A stretch of 64,000 bases of DNA from Eubacteriales bacterium. GTDB lineage: Bacteria > Bacillota > Clostridia > Peptostreptococcales > Anaerovoracaceae. A program made the translations under genes and the position numbers. Position 1 is the first letter of the stretch. Every line of letters starts with the position of its first letter. Under the pieces are notes generated by a model. That model saw nothing but the letters and a program-made list of their open reading frames with translations. It was not told where the DNA came from and did no database searches. The DNA lies in NCBI GenBank assembly GCA_052173355.1, contig JBQMYS010000001.1:13243-77242 (forward strand). Reading direction: 5' to 3'. Shown here piece by piece: positions 39,201 to 48,842 of the stretch.

Positions 39201-40486
39201 TCTTTTACTTTCATGCATTTCATATCCTGACCGCCTATATCCAGTATAAATTCAACACCGGGCAAAAATGCTTCAGCGGCTTTATAATGCACAAGAGTTT
39301 CAATTTCTCCAAGATCTATATTAAATGCGCTTTTTAAAAGTCCTTCACCGTATCCGGTTGCAGTTGCATTAGCAATAAATGCAAATTTTGGAATGAGCGA
39401 ATACAATTCACGCAACATTTCCATAGTTGTTTCTAAAGGCTTACCGTTATTTCCTTTATAAAAAGAATAAAGCAAATTTAAATCTTCGTCTATCAAAGCT
39501 GCTTTTGTGGTTGTAGAACCGGCATCTATCCCGAGAAACAAAGGACCGCTTGCTTTTGATATATCTTTTCGTTTTACCTTATTTGCAGAATGTCTTTTTT
39601 GAAATTTTACATAGTCTGATTTACTTGTAAACAAAGCATTCAACGTATCTATTGAATCGGATTTTACGGTATCTGCGTTTTTCAGCTTTTCTGTTATTGA
39701 AAACAGACTGTGCGTTTCGTATTTCTTTGCTATTAAAGCTGCTCCAAGTGCAACAAAGTATTGTGAATTCGAGGGAAATATTACATTTTCTTCTTTTAAT
39801 TCCAAAGTTTGAATAAATCTGTTTCTAAGTTCGTCCAAAAACGACAAAGGACCACCCAAAAACGCTACATTTCCCTTAATCGGTCTACCACAGGCAAGTC
39901 CGCTGATAGTTTGATTAACAACCGCTTGAAATATTGAAGCCGACAAATCATTGATAGATGCTCCTTCGTTAATAAGCGGCTGTATATCGGCTTTTGCAAA
40001 CACGCCGCACCTTGCAGCAATAGGATATATTATATCATAATTTTTTGCAGCGGTATTCAGACCTGCCGCATCTGTATTTAAAAGCACTGCCATTTGATCA
40101 ATAAAAGCGCCCGTACCTCCTGCGCACGTTCCGTTCATCCTCTGCTCAATGCTGGTTCCATAAAATGTGATTTTAGCATCTTCTCCGCCAAGTTCAATTA
40201 CAACATCCGTACTCGGAATAAGCGATTCAACAGCGGCGCTGCACGAAATTACCTCCTGCTCAAAAGGCACTCCTATTTTTTCAGAAAGAGCAAGTCCACC
40301 TGAACCTGTTATTACAATTTTTACATCAATATCGCCAATCTGCGCATACAAGCTGTCTAAAAGTTCTGAAACTTTTTCAAAAACATTAGACATATGTCTT
40401 TCATAACACTTAAAAATTATTTCATCATTTTCATCAAGTAATACCAACTTTACCGTTGTAGAACCTAAATCTATGCCTAATTTCAT
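36269..40486 (-). CDS. Giant fusion: two BadF/BadG/BcrA/BcrD (HgdC-type) activase ATPase modules plus a DUF2229/dehydratase-like C-terminal half
   Basis: 1405 aa. Module 1 starts MKLGIDLGSTTVKLVLLD, with Cys121 and Cys160. Module 2 starts LFLGIDAGSTTTKAALID (about aa 316), with Cys441/444 and Cys480. There is a CKLCENNC...C motif at aa 602-628 (38683-38603). The remaining roughly 770 aa resemble the uncharacterised CoA-enzyme-activase-associated domain, judged from my memory of the family rather than by a search. Confidence 0.8.
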   Translation of the reverse strand: MKLGIDLGSTTVKLVLLDENDEIIFKCYERHMSNVFEKVSELLDSLYAQIGDIDVKIVITGSGGLALSEKIGVPFEQEVISCSAAVESLIPSTDVVIELGGEDAKITFYGTSIEQRMNGTCAGGTGAFIDQMAVLLNTDAAGLNTAAKNYDIIYPIAARCGVFAKADIQPLINEGASINDLSASIFQAVVNQTISGLACGRPIKGNVAFLGGPLSFLDELRNRFIQTLELKEENVIFPSNSQYFVALGAALIAKKYETHSLFSITEKLKNADTVKSDSIDTLNALFTSKSDYVKFQKRHSANKVKRKDISKASGPLFLGIDAGSTTTKAALIDEDLNLLYSFYKGNNGKPLETTMEMLRELYSLIPKFAFIANATATGYGEGLLKSAFNIDLGEIETLVHYKAAEAFLPGVEFILDIGGQDMKCMKVKDGSIYNIMLNEACSSGCGSFLETYAKSLNMDIFSFAQEAIYAKAPVNLGTRCTVFMNSKVKQAQKEGATIGDISAGLSYSVIKNALFKVIKLRDISEAGEKIVVQGGTFLNDAVLKSFENTLGREVVRPDISGIMGAYGAAIVSKENYIDGTKSSIITPEQMDAFTVTNMNARCKLCENNCLLTINKFNSGENFVTGNRCERGAGKSHKKNELPNLFEYQYKRLFSYKSLGSEYARRGNIGIPRVLNMYENYPFWFTFFTHLGFNVILSPKSTKELYETGMDTIASDTACYPAKLVHGHIKALVKMGVKRIFYPSINYEVIEDIGATNHYNCPVVGTYPELIACNMSEIFKENDVIFTNPFLPYDNDYALTRELYDIFGALGITYAEIDSAVKAARNEDKLYKDDLKKEGAKALRYAASNKKKCIVLAGRPYHLDPEINHGIDKLITANDMVVLTSESIAHLVYEKTNLRVLNQWSYHARLYRSAILCVNNPDMEMIQLNSFGCGLDAVTIDQVEEIMQNSAKLYTTLKIDEGTNLGTAKIRIRSLKAAMDERAKSNITGSPKELNYEKPIFTKDMKKEYTILLPQMAPMHFNFIEAALNKCGYNAVLLPEADTHAVEEGLRYVNNDSCYPAIVSLGQIISEVKSGKYDLDKLAIFLSQTGGGCRASNYIPLLRKALASMNLAHIPVVSINIAGLEKNPGFKLSAGLMKRIIMSLVYGDLLMRVVHATRPYELEKGEVDKLYESWNEKIKENIGTSSFHQFSKNLYQIVDDFDNIPITDEKKPKIGVVGEILVKYHPNANNEIVKIIEKEGGEAIVLDLIDFFLYGMYSKHFNYEHLSGTYMQMLANSAAIKFIEVFRKPMRSALRKSKRFSEPAYIEQIAEKAEKIISLGNQCGEGWLLTGEMIELMEMGVKNIACLQPFGCLPNHVTGKGVMKALRNYDKLANIVAIDYDPGASNVNQLNRIKLMMATAHKNVAE

Positions 40487-40507
40487 TTTATGCCTCCGTA
40501 ATTGCCA

Positions 40508-41902
40508 TTAACTTAAAATAGCAATTTCTTTTTTATATAATCTTTTTAAAAGTAGAATCGTAAACAAAACTCCGATGACTTCAGATATTGGAAATGCCCA
40601 CCAAACATATGATATTCCCCAAAATTTTACCAGTATGAATGCTACCGGTGAAATCACCAGGATTTGTCTTACAAGCGATTGCCACATACTCAGTATGCCA
40701 TGTCCCGTAGCTTGAAATGTCGCCGATGACATAATCCCGAATCCTGCAGGTATAAAACATGTGCTAAGTATACGCAATGCAGGTACTCCCATCTCAATCA
40801 TAGCATCTGATGCGCTGAAAATATAAAGAAGCTTTTGCGGTACAGCAAAAAACACCAACATTCCCGCCGCCATTATACTCATAGAAAATGCCAATCCCGT
40901 TTTGTAAGCTTTGATAAGTCTTTCCTTGTTTCTTGCTCCGAAATTATAGCCGATTATAGGCATAGCACCTTGATTTAGTCCGAATACGGGCATAAATATG
41001 AAACTTTGTAATCTGAAATAACTTCCAAAAACTGCCACCGCAGTTTGAGATGTAGCAATAATGCTGTTTAGAATAAAAAGCATTATCGAACTTACCGTCT
41101 GCATCAGTATTGCAGGACCCCCGACAATATAGATTTGCTTTAATATATCTTTTTTGAATTTAAAACCCTTTATCTTTATTTGAACTTCATGTTTATGGCA
41201 AAATATAAGGTAAAGTCCCATACACATTGATACAAATTGTCCTATTACGGTTGCAACAGCTGCTCCCACCACTCCCATTTCAGGAACAACACCGAAACCG
41301 AATATAAATACAGGATCTAAAATTATATTTGTTACAGCGCCGATTAGGCTTGCTATCATTGGCATCAGAGTATTTCCTATTGATTGCAAAATCTTTTCAT
41401 TATTCACTTCTACAAATACGAAAACAGATCCTGTTAAAACTATTTGAAGATATAGTGCGCCATTTTTAATAATGTAATCGGATACATCATAAAGATTCAT
41501 GAACACACCCGCAAATACCAATCCCAATACGGCAAAAAAAGCCCAGTTTATGAATGATAAGAAGAAACCATGACTTGCTACCGAATTTGCTTCTTCGTAA
41601 TTTTTTGCACCCAGTTTTCTTGATATAAGCGAGCCTACACCCGCACCGGTACCTATTGCAACTGCTATCAAAAACATCTGAATGGGAAATATGAGAGTAA
41701 TCGCTGAAAGTGCAGCTTCACTTATCATGCCTACAAACATACTGTCAACTATATTGTATAAAGCTTGTATCAACATCGACAACATGGCAGGCCACGCAAG
41801 TGAAACCATCAGTCGACTTATAGGCATGACACCCATTTTATTCTCAACAACGTGCGAGTGATTATTTTTTTCTAATTTTATTGATTTATTATTTTCTTTC
41901 AT
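40508..41902 (-). CDS. MATE family efflux transporter
   Basis: 464 aa with about 12 TM helices. The N-terminal PAMLSMLIQALYNIVDSMFVG motif is typical of MatE/NorM-type pumps. Confidence 0.88.
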   Translation of the reverse strand: MKENNKSIKLEKNNHSHVVENKMGVMPISRLMVSLAWPAMLSMLIQALYNIVDSMFVGMISEAALSAITLIFPIQMFLIAVAIGTGAGVGSLISRKLGAKNYEEANSVASHGFFLSFINWAFFAVLGLVFAGVFMNLYDVSDYIIKNGALYLQIVLTGSVFVFVEVNNEKILQSIGNTLMPMIASLIGAVTNIILDPVFIFGFGVVPEMGVVGAAVATVIGQFVSMCMGLYLIFCHKHEVQIKIKGFKFKKDILKQIYIVGGPAILMQTVSSIMLFILNSIIATSQTAVAVFGSYFRLQSFIFMPVFGLNQGAMPIIGYNFGARNKERLIKAYKTGLAFSMSIMAAGMLVFFAVPQKLLYIFSASDAMIEMGVPALRILSTCFIPAGFGIMSSATFQATGHGILSMWQSLVRQILVISPVAFILVKFWGISYVWWAFPISEVIGVLFTILLLKRLYKKEIAILS

Positions 41903-41932
41903 TTTATTCGTTTCCTAATTTATCTTTGTATT

Positions 41933-41953
41933 AAAAAAAACCTCAAATGAGGT
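41933..41953 (-). terminator. Rho-independent terminator after rnpB
   Basis: Minus strand ACCTC-ATTT-GAGGT hairpin (41953-41940) followed by T7, directly at the RNase P RNA 3' end. Confidence 0.55.
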
Positions 41954-42301
41954 ATTGGGCAAGTCTATAAGCCGGGTTCTGTATTTGACAATCATCTATC
42001 TAGGCATAGCATTGCTGCTATGCTCAAGCGACCTACCTTCCAGGGGATAACGAGCAGCTATCCTTAAATCCTATTTTGGTCTTGCTCCGAGTGGGGTTTA
42101 CACGGCCGTTTTGTCTCCAAAACGCCGGTGAGCTCTTACCTCACCATTTCAACCTTACCACAGCCTAACTGTTTCGGCGGAATGTTTCTGTTGCACTTTC
42201 CCTATAGTTACCTACGCCGGACGTTATCCGGCACTCTTGCTCTATGGAGCCCGGACTTTCCTCACGCATTTCTGCCTGCGATTGTCTGGCTTACCCAACA
42301 C
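41952..42301 (-). ncRNA. rnpB: RNase P RNA (bacterial, class A-like)
   Basis: The minus strand contains the universal GAGGAAAGTCCGGGCTCC (42269-42252), plus ACAGAAACATTCCGCC, GGTAAGAGCTCACCGG and ACAGAACCCGGCTTA. The ends form a 12-bp P1 helix, GTGTTGGGTAAG pairing with CTTGCCCAATAC. Confidence 0.9.
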
Positions 42302-42318
42302 TGATATTTTATCACAGC

Positions 42319-43107
42319 TTAAACTGCTTGAAAAGGATTTCTCATTGTTTTTGTTTTAATAATATCAACTTTATTACCTAGTAAATTTTCAAGCTGAACG
42401 CTCATATTCTCTACGAAAAATTTTTCACTGTCAAAATGTCCTATATCTATTAAAATTCTGTTTTTTTCAAGGGCTTCAACAGCTTCATGATATTTAATAT
42501 CTCCTGTTATAAATACATCGCACTGCAATTTTTGAGCAGTATTAAATTCACTCATTCCTGCACCGGTACAAAGTCCGATTTTTTTAATTTTTGCATCCGG
42601 ATTGCCGATTAGACGCATGGATTTTTCTTCCATATTCAAAGCCGGATAAATATTATTGACAAACTCTCTTACTTTCAGTGGATTTTGAAGATTTCCATAA
42701 ATGCCGATTGCCTGCTCAAAAAATTCATCAAAAAAATGTAAATCCGAAAGTCCCAAAAGTTGCGCTAAATAAAAATTAGTACCTCTGCAAGCTTTATCAA
42801 AAGATGTATGCGAAGCATAGGCTGATATTGCGTTTTGTATGAGCTTAATAGTATACTTACCTGTCAAATCACTACTTTTAAGATTTTTGACAGGCTTAAA
42901 GTACATAGGATGATGACTTACGATTAAATCTGCATTTAAATTTACGGCTTCCTCAATAACAGCATCCGTAATATCAAGAGAAAGTAAAATTTTATAAACT
43001 TCTTTATCCTCAAATAAGATTTGAAATCCGCTGTTATCCCAGTTTTCTGCCAAATCAAGGGGAGCAATTTCATTTAGTTTATCAGCAATTTCACTAATTT
43101 TCATCAT
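42319..43107 (-). CDS. Nif3-like dinuclear metal centre protein (YqfO)
   Basis: 262 aa. It has LIVSHHPMYF and a C-terminal DIGHFDSE-type motif. The trmK-nif3 pairing downstream of sigA is conserved, as in Bacillus. Confidence 0.88.
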   Translation of the reverse strand: MMKISEIADKLNEIAPLDLAENWDNSGFQILFEDKEVYKILLSLDITDAVIEEAVNLNADLIVSHHPMYFKPVKNLKSSDLTGKYTIKLIQNAISAYASHTSFDKACRGTNFYLAQLLGLSDLHFFDEFFEQAIGIYGNLQNPLKVREFVNNIYPALNMEEKSMRLIGNPDAKIKKIGLCTGAGMSEFNTAQKLQCDVFITGDIKYHEAVEALEKNRILIDIGHFDSEKFFVENMSVQLENLLGNKVDIIKTKTMRNPFQAV

Positions 43108-43117
43108 AAATCGCCTC

Positions 43118-43852
43118 CTATTTTTGAAATTCGCTTAAAAGTTCTTGCAAATACTTAATATTTTTAAAATTTTGATTTTTTTTAACACAGACATTTTCAG
43201 AAGTTTTCTCCAAGCCGATTTTTATCAAATTTTCTTTTTTAATTTTATAATTTAAAAGTTTAATTCCGAGTTCCAAATTTTCACTAATCATTTTTCGGGT
43301 AATTTCATATCTAACATCACCTTTAATAAAAGGCTCTAAATTTACTGCGGTATTTTCTTTATAGATTGCACTAAAAACTTCACATATAAATTTGCCTTCT
43401 ACCACCAGATTTTCTCTTTCGATTTCAAATCCGTTTGACATAAGCCAATATCGCAAAAATCCCTGCCCTGTTCTGGGCTGAAATACAAATTTTGAAAAGC
43501 TTCGAGTTTTGAGTATATCCTCCGCCATCAATTCCACCATCAGCTCGCCGCCCATGCCGGCAAACACAACAGTATCAACCTCGTTTGCCTGCATGACTGC
43601 AAGCCCGCTGCCGCATCTGAAATCAAAATATATTGGAATTTCCTCTTTTTTGTATAAAATCCCAATATTTTCAATCGCCTTTTGCAGCGAGCTTGCGCTC
43701 ACGTCGGTTAATACGACGTGCGGCGAGCCGCAGGATTGTTGCAAATAAATCGGTAAAAAACCGTGGTCCGTTCCAATATCAGCCACGGTTTTTCCCATTC
43801 CTATCAATTCAGCTATACAGTATAGCCTGCTTGTTATTTTCTTCACTTTCAA
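43118..43852 (-). CDS. trmK: tRNA (adenine22-N1)-methyltransferase TrmK (YqfN)
   Basis: KKITSRLYCIAELIGMGKTVADIGTDHGFLPIYL aligns with the TrmK N-terminus. The track start 43945 is a GTG inside sigA. The likely start is TTG 43852 or GTG 43846 (8 nt after AGGA), just after the sigA stop. Confidence 0.85.
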   Translation of the reverse strand: MKVKKITSRLYCIAELIGMGKTVADIGTDHGFLPIYLQQSCGSPHVVLTDVSASSLQKAIENIGILYKKEEIPIYFDFRCGSGLAVMQANEVDTVVFAGMGGELMVELMAEDILKTRSFSKFVFQPRTGQGFLRYWLMSNGFEIERENLVVEGKFICEVFSAIYKENTAVNLEPFIKGDVRYEITRKMISENLELGIKLLNYKIKKENLIKIGLEKTSENVCVKKNQNFKNIKYLQELLSEFQK

Positions 43853-43856
43853 ATTC

Positions 43857-45026
43857 CTATTCCAAATAGTCACGAAGTTTTTTGCTTCTGGACGGATTTC
43901 TAAGTTTTCTGAGCGCTTTTGCTTCAATCTGCCTAATTCTTTCACGCGTTACATTGAATCGTTTTCCAACTTCTTCCAATGTGCGAGCGTGCCCGTCTTC
44001 AAGACCGAATCGAAGCTTTAAAACCTTTTGCTCTCTATCCGTAAGGGTTTGCAACACTTCATTAAGTTGCTCTTTCAGCATGGCAGATGCTGCGGCATCT
44101 GCCGGTGCCGGAATTTCATCATCCGGTATGAAATCTCCAAGATGGCTATCTTCTTCTTCTCCTATCGGAGTTTCCAAAGATACCGGTTCTTGTGCAATTT
44201 TCATTATTTCCCTTACTTTTTCCTCACTTATATCCATACGAGTGGCAATTTCCTTAGGAGTAGGCTCTCTGCCGTATTCTTGTAGTAACTTTCTGGATTC
44301 ACGAATCAACTTGTTTATGGTTTCAACCATATGAACCGGAATTCTGATAGTCCTTGCCTGATCTGCTATGGAACGTGTAATTGCCTGTCTTATCCACCAA
44401 GTAGCATATGTACTGAACTTGTAACCTTTTCTCCAATCAAATTTGTCAACTGCTTTTATAAGTCCCAGATTTCCCTCTTGTATCAAGTCCAAAAAAAGCA
44501 TTCCGCGACCGACATATCTTTTTGCTATGCTCACTACAAGTCTCAAATTTGCTTCACACAATTTTTGTTTTGCCAGTTCATCACCTGCATCCATTTTTTT
44601 TGCAAGTTCAATTTCATCATCTCCCGAAAGCAAAGGCACTTTTCCAATTTCTTTTAAGTACATCCTTACAGGATCGTCAACAGCTATACCTTTTGGCAGA
44701 CCGGCTTCCAAATCTTCTTCGACGTGCACTTCTTCAAGACTTTCCAATGATAAATCCTTTTCATCATCTTCATCGAGTTTAATGTTATCATCAAAGCTTT
44801 CAAGATTATACAGATCAAATTCATCAGGGTCGACCTCGTTTACCAAGTCTACACCTTCTTTTGAAAGAAAATCATAAAAATCATCCGCCTGGTCTTTGTC
44901 GAGATCTGCTGAAACAAGATAATCTGCAACTTCTTTGTAAGATATTTTGCCACGATTCTTTGCTTTTTGTGCAAGCTCTACCGCATATTCTCTTATATCT
45001 ATATTCTTTTCTTCATCATTATCCAT
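43857..45026 (-). CDS. sigA: Primary RNA polymerase sigma factor (SigA/RpoD)
   Basis: Regions 1.2-4.2 are present ([57 protein letters not shown]). The start was trimmed to ATG 45026 (MDNDEEK), 8 nt after GGAGG. It overlaps the dnaG stop as ATGGATAA. Confidence 0.95.
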   Translation of the reverse strand: MDNDEEKNIDIREYAVELAQKAKNRGKISYKEVADYLVSADLDKDQADDFYDFLSKEGVDLVNEVDPDEFDLYNLESFDDNIKLDEDDEKDLSLESLEEVHVEEDLEAGLPKGIAVDDPVRMYLKEIGKVPLLSGDDEIELAKKMDAGDELAKQKLCEANLRLVVSIAKRYVGRGMLFLDLIQEGNLGLIKAVDKFDWRKGYKFSTYATWWIRQAITRSIADQARTIRIPVHMVETINKLIRESRKLLQEYGREPTPKEIATRMDISEEKVREIMKIAQEPVSLETPIGEEEDSHLGDFIPDDEIPAPADAAASAMLKEQLNEVLQTLTDREQKVLKLRFGLEDGHARTLEEVGKRFNVTRERIRQIEAKALRKLRNPSRSKKLRDYLE

Positions 45027-46776
45027 GTTCAAGCCCTCCATTTGTCCGCAAATACAGCAATTCTTGTTGTAACCTAAGTATATCTTCCTTATGATTTTCT
45101 TCATTTTCTTCTGCTATGGAAATTTGCAATATCAATTCATTTTCCTTAGTTCTTAGTGATTCCATCTTGATGTTTTTTAAACAGTCTTGCAGTATTTTAT
45201 CAGCTTTTTCACCAAGTTTAACATTTTCCCAAACATCTGCCAGTAAAGCTGTAATTGCAGATTCGAATCCCTGAATTTTAAAATCGTCAAAATCGAATTC
45301 CGATTTTTTACTATAATAATCCCCAATTTTATCAAACAAACTTTTTGAATATTCGGATTTAAAGCTATACGAGCTGTTTTTTAAACTAATAAAAAAATCT
45401 ATGCCATACATAGCCAGCCGTAAAAAAGTTTTTTCAAAGACATCAATTTGAATTTTTGCATTACTTACTTTTGTTTCATTTTTAAAAGAATTAACTTTGT
45501 CTTGTTTTTTAATACCCCGCATTTCGAGTTTTATAGCATTTGCAGATACATTTATTTCCGAAGCAAGCTTGGAAATGTAAACATCAGCTTCTACCGGACT
45601 CAATTCTTTCAAAAAAATCGCTACTTCTCTTATAAATTCTATTTTTTCTTCGTAAACATCCAAGTTGTATTTCGACTTTAGCGTGTCTATGCGATATTGC
45701 GTATGCGATAATGCAAAATCTATCAATTTGTTAAATTCGTCACGACCGTTTTTTTGTAAAAATTCATCAGGATCTTTAGCACCGTCGATAACTAAAACTT
45801 TGGGTTTACAACCGCTTTCGAGCAATATTGACAGTCCCCGAAGTGTTGCGTTAATTCCCGCTTGATCTGAATCGTAGGATAAAATTATATTTTTTGAATA
45901 CCTCTTTAAAAGCATAGCCTGCTCTTTTGTAAGCGCCGTTCCTAAAGAAGCTACCGTAATGTTTATACCCGCTTGAGCTAAAGAAACAACATCCATATAT
46001 CCTTCTACCAGTAAAGCTTTGTCAAGTTTTGAAATATCTTTTTTGCATATATTTAATCCATACAAATTATTTTTTTTCTTAAAAATTGCATTTTCCGGAG
46101 AATTTAAATATTTGGGTTCTGCATTTCCAATAGCTCTGCCACCGAATCCTATTACCCTGCCACGTGTGTCAATAATTGGAAAAATTAAACGGTTTCTGAA
46201 TTTATCAAAATATTTGCCATTTTTTTCTGATACCAGCCCAAGTTCTTTCAATATTGAAAATTGGTATTTTCCTTTGAAATGATTGCACAAAAAATCCCAT
46301 GAATCCGGCGCATACCCGATTCCGAATTTTTTGATAGTAGCATCGGATATTCCTCTCTTACGAATGTATTGATACCCTATATTTCTTTTTGTTGCCAAAT
46401 TTTTAAAAAAAAGAAGTGCGGCTTCACGATTGATTTCATAATATGTTTTATATTTGTCGACATTTTCCTGTTTATACGGTGTGTATTCAATGCCTACATT
46501 TTTTGCCAATTTTTCTATTGCTTCATTAAATTCCAAGTTGTAATATCGTTTTGTAAATTCAAGCACATCCCCTGTAGCTCCGCAACCGAAACAGGTAAAT
46601 ATTTGTTTATCCTGGGAAACTACAAAAGAAGGAGTTTTTTCAGCATGAAACGGACAAAGCCCTTTGTAGTTATTACCCGCACGCTTCAAGCTTACGACTT
46701 CGGAAATAACATCGACTATGTCCGTTTTATCTTTAATCTGTTCTATTATGTTGTTTTCTCTAAATGAACTTTTCAA
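45019..46776 (-). CDS. dnaG: DNA primase
   Basis: 585 aa with the zinc ribbon ([16 protein letters not shown]...[11 protein letters not shown]) and the TOPRIM region (LVEGYMDV). The start codon is TTG, 6 nt after AGGAG. Confidence 0.94.
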   Translation of the reverse strand: MKSSFRENNIIEQIKDKTDIVDVISEVVSLKRAGNNYKGLCPFHAEKTPSFVVSQDKQIFTCFGCGATGDVLEFTKRYYNLEFNEAIEKLAKNVGIEYTPYKQENVDKYKTYYEINREAALLFFKNLATKRNIGYQYIRKRGISDATIKKFGIGYAPDSWDFLCNHFKGKYQFSILKELGLVSEKNGKYFDKFRNRLIFPIIDTRGRVIGFGGRAIGNAEPKYLNSPENAIFKKKNNLYGLNICKKDISKLDKALLVEGYMDVVSLAQAGINITVASLGTALTKEQAMLLKRYSKNIILSYDSDQAGINATLRGLSILLESGCKPKVLVIDGAKDPDEFLQKNGRDEFNKLIDFALSHTQYRIDTLKSKYNLDVYEEKIEFIREVAIFLKELSPVEADVYISKLASEINVSANAIKLEMRGIKKQDKVNSFKNETKVSNAKIQIDVFEKTFLRLAMYGIDFFISLKNSSYSFKSEYSKSLFDKIGDYYSKKSEFDFDDFKIQGFESAITALLADVWENVKLGEKADKILQDCLKNIKMESLRTKENELILQISIAEENEENHKEDILRLQQELLYLRTNGGLEHG

Positions 46777-46794
46777 TTCAAACTCCTGTTATAT

Positions 46795-47823
46795 CTACTT
46801 CCAACCTTTCGGCAAAAAAATTTCGCTATAAAGATTTATAGCATATCTGTCGGTCATTCCGGCAATATAATCTTTTACCAATTCATCAAATTCAAATCTT
46901 AATTGTAAAGCCAAAAATTCATCCGGCAATTTATCCGGATTTTTTATATAATAATCAAACAAAGAACGTATTACCGTTTCAACTTTATTCAAATCTTCGT
47001 GTTTTTTGACATACTCGTTCTTATAAACATTCTTGAACATATAAGTTCTTAAATCATTCATAGCTTTTTGACAAGCTGAACTTTGCAAGACTTTATTTTT
47101 TCCAAAACTGTTTTTTACTATATCAACTACCAGCGTATCTATTCTTTCACCATGTGTTTTTCCTAAAATTTCGATTGGCTCTTTCGGTAAATCGTTAAAA
47201 CCTATAACACCGCTTCTAAGCGCGTCATCTATATCATGATTTATATATGCGATTCTATCGCTAAGTCTTACAACTTCACCTTCAAGCGTGAAAGAATGCT
47301 TCGGTCCTGAATGACAACAAATACCGTCTCTTACTTCTTCTGTCAGATTTAGCCCTTCTCCCATCTTTTTTCCTTCAAGCACCTCTACTACTTTAAGGCT
47401 TTGCTCATTATGATGAAAACCGAATTCATCGCCTTTTCTTTCTTTGAATATCCTATCTAAAATTTCTTCTCCGCTATGACCGAACGGAGTGTGTCCCAAG
47501 TCATGCCCCAATGCTATCGCTTCTGTCAAATCTTCGTTTAATGCAAGTGCTCTTGCTATGGTTCTTGCTACCTGTGATACTTCGATTGTATGAGTTAAAC
47601 GTGTACGAAAGTGATCTCCCTCCGGCGCGAGAAATACTTGAGTTTTGTGCATCAATCGTCTAAAAGATTTTGAATGAATTATTCTATCTCTATCCCTTTG
47701 AAAGGCAGTACGAAGATAACACTGTGCTTCTTCTTTCAATCTACCACGTGTTTCGTCAGCCTTGCAGGCAAATTTTGATAATAAATCGTGTTCTCTTTTT
47801 TCCAAGTTTTCTCGTATAATCAT
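46795..47823 (-). CDS. dGTP triphosphohydrolase-like HD-domain protein
   Basis: 342 aa. FQRDRDRIIHSKSFRRLMHKTQVF...DHFRTRLTHTIEVSQVAR...HDLGHTPFGH is the Dgt-family signature. Confidence 0.9.
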   Translation of the reverse strand: MIIRENLEKREHDLLSKFACKADETRGRLKEEAQCYLRTAFQRDRDRIIHSKSFRRLMHKTQVFLAPEGDHFRTRLTHTIEVSQVARTIARALALNEDLTEAIALGHDLGHTPFGHSGEEILDRIFKERKGDEFGFHHNEQSLKVVEVLEGKKMGEGLNLTEEVRDGICCHSGPKHSFTLEGEVVRLSDRIAYINHDIDDALRSGVIGFNDLPKEPIEILGKTHGERIDTLVVDIVKNSFGKNKVLQSSACQKAMNDLRTYMFKNVYKNEYVKKHEDLNKVETVIRSLFDYYIKNPDKLPDEFLALQLRFEFDELVKDYIAGMTDRYAINLYSEIFLPKGWK

Positions 47824-47846
47824 ATTTATCCCCTATAAGATAAAAT

Positions 47847-48842
47847 TTACTTAGCTACAAATGAAACTATATAGCAAGTGATTCCACCTATTGCCATAGT
47901 GATTGGAAGTGTTACAAACCAAGCCTTTATAATATTGCCTGCCATTCCCCATTTAACTGCGGACAATCTTTTCACACTACCTGCTCCCATTATAGATGTT
48001 GTGATTACCTGCGTAGTGCTGACAGGTGCTCCCAAAAACGACATGCCTTCGATTGCTAAAGTCGCACCCATCTGAGATGCAAATCCGCTTGCAGGTTCAA
48101 GCTTTGTTACACCGTTTCCCATAGTTTTCATTATTTTCCATCCACCTACGGATGTTCCCACAGACATTGTTATTGCGCAGGCAATTTTAACCCACTGCGG
48201 AACTCCTGCATCCATATCGAGTACGCCGCCTGTCATTAGTGCAAGTGTTATAATTCCCATAGTTTTTTGAGCATCATTGTTACCATGTGAATATGCAATC
48301 AAAGCTGATGAAAGCACTTGCAGTTTTTTAAACATATCATTTACTTTTCCATGCGACAGGTTCATGCAACATATGAATATAAGCCTCATTATTATGATAC
48401 CGAATATAAATCCCAGTATTGGTGATGAAAAAAGCGGAATTACAACCTTATAAAGCACACCTTCCCACGAAACATATTTAAGTGATGCGGTATAAACTAT
48501 CGTAGCACCTAAAAGTCCGCCAATAAGAGCATGTGAAGAACTGCTGGGTATGCCTATCCACCATGTAATTAAATTCCAAATTATAGCGGCGATTAAAGCT
48601 GAAAGTATTACATACTGCTCCAAATCTATGTTTACCAATCCCTTGGAAATAGTGAGTGCCACTTTTTCACTTACAAGCGCTCCTATAAAGTTACAGACCG
48701 CAGCCATCAATATGGCCTGTTTTGGCTGTAATGCACGAGTATAAACCGATGTTGCTATAGCATTTGCGGTATCATGAAATCCATTGATAAATTCAAATAT
48801 AAGCGCAACTAAAAGGACGCTTAAAAGTAAGGGACTAAGCAT
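47847..48842 (-). CDS. pit: Inorganic phosphate transporter, PiT family
   Basis: 331 aa, polytopic. It has GFHDTANAIATSV and a repeated GNDAQK-type motif (SHGNNDAQKTMG). Confidence 0.9.
   Translation of the reverse strand: MLSPLLLSVLLVALIFEFINGFHDTANAIATSVYTRALQPKQAILMAAVCNFIGALVSEKVALTISKGLVNIDLEQYVILSALIAAIIWNLITWWIGIPSSSSHALIGGLLGATIVYTASLKYVSWEGVLYKVVIPLFSSPILGFIFGIIIMRLIFICCMNLSHGKVNDMFKKLQVLSSALIAYSHGNNDAQKTMGIITLALMTGGVLDMDAGVPQWVKIACAITMSVGTSVGGWKIMKTMGNGVTKLEPASGFASQMGATLAIEGMSFLGAPVSTTQVITTSIMGAGSVKRLSAVKWGMAGNIIKAWFVTLPITMAIGGITCYIVSFVAK

Noticed and set aside
43853-43945. Long N-terminal extensions in the track for trmK (into sigA), sigA (into dnaG), relA (into secDF), the S58 peptidase and cobD.
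   Set aside because: The track picks the most upstream ATG/GTG/TTG. The extensions lack an RBS and overlap the upstream gene by 20-90 nt. Family N-termini align to the downstream starts I used.
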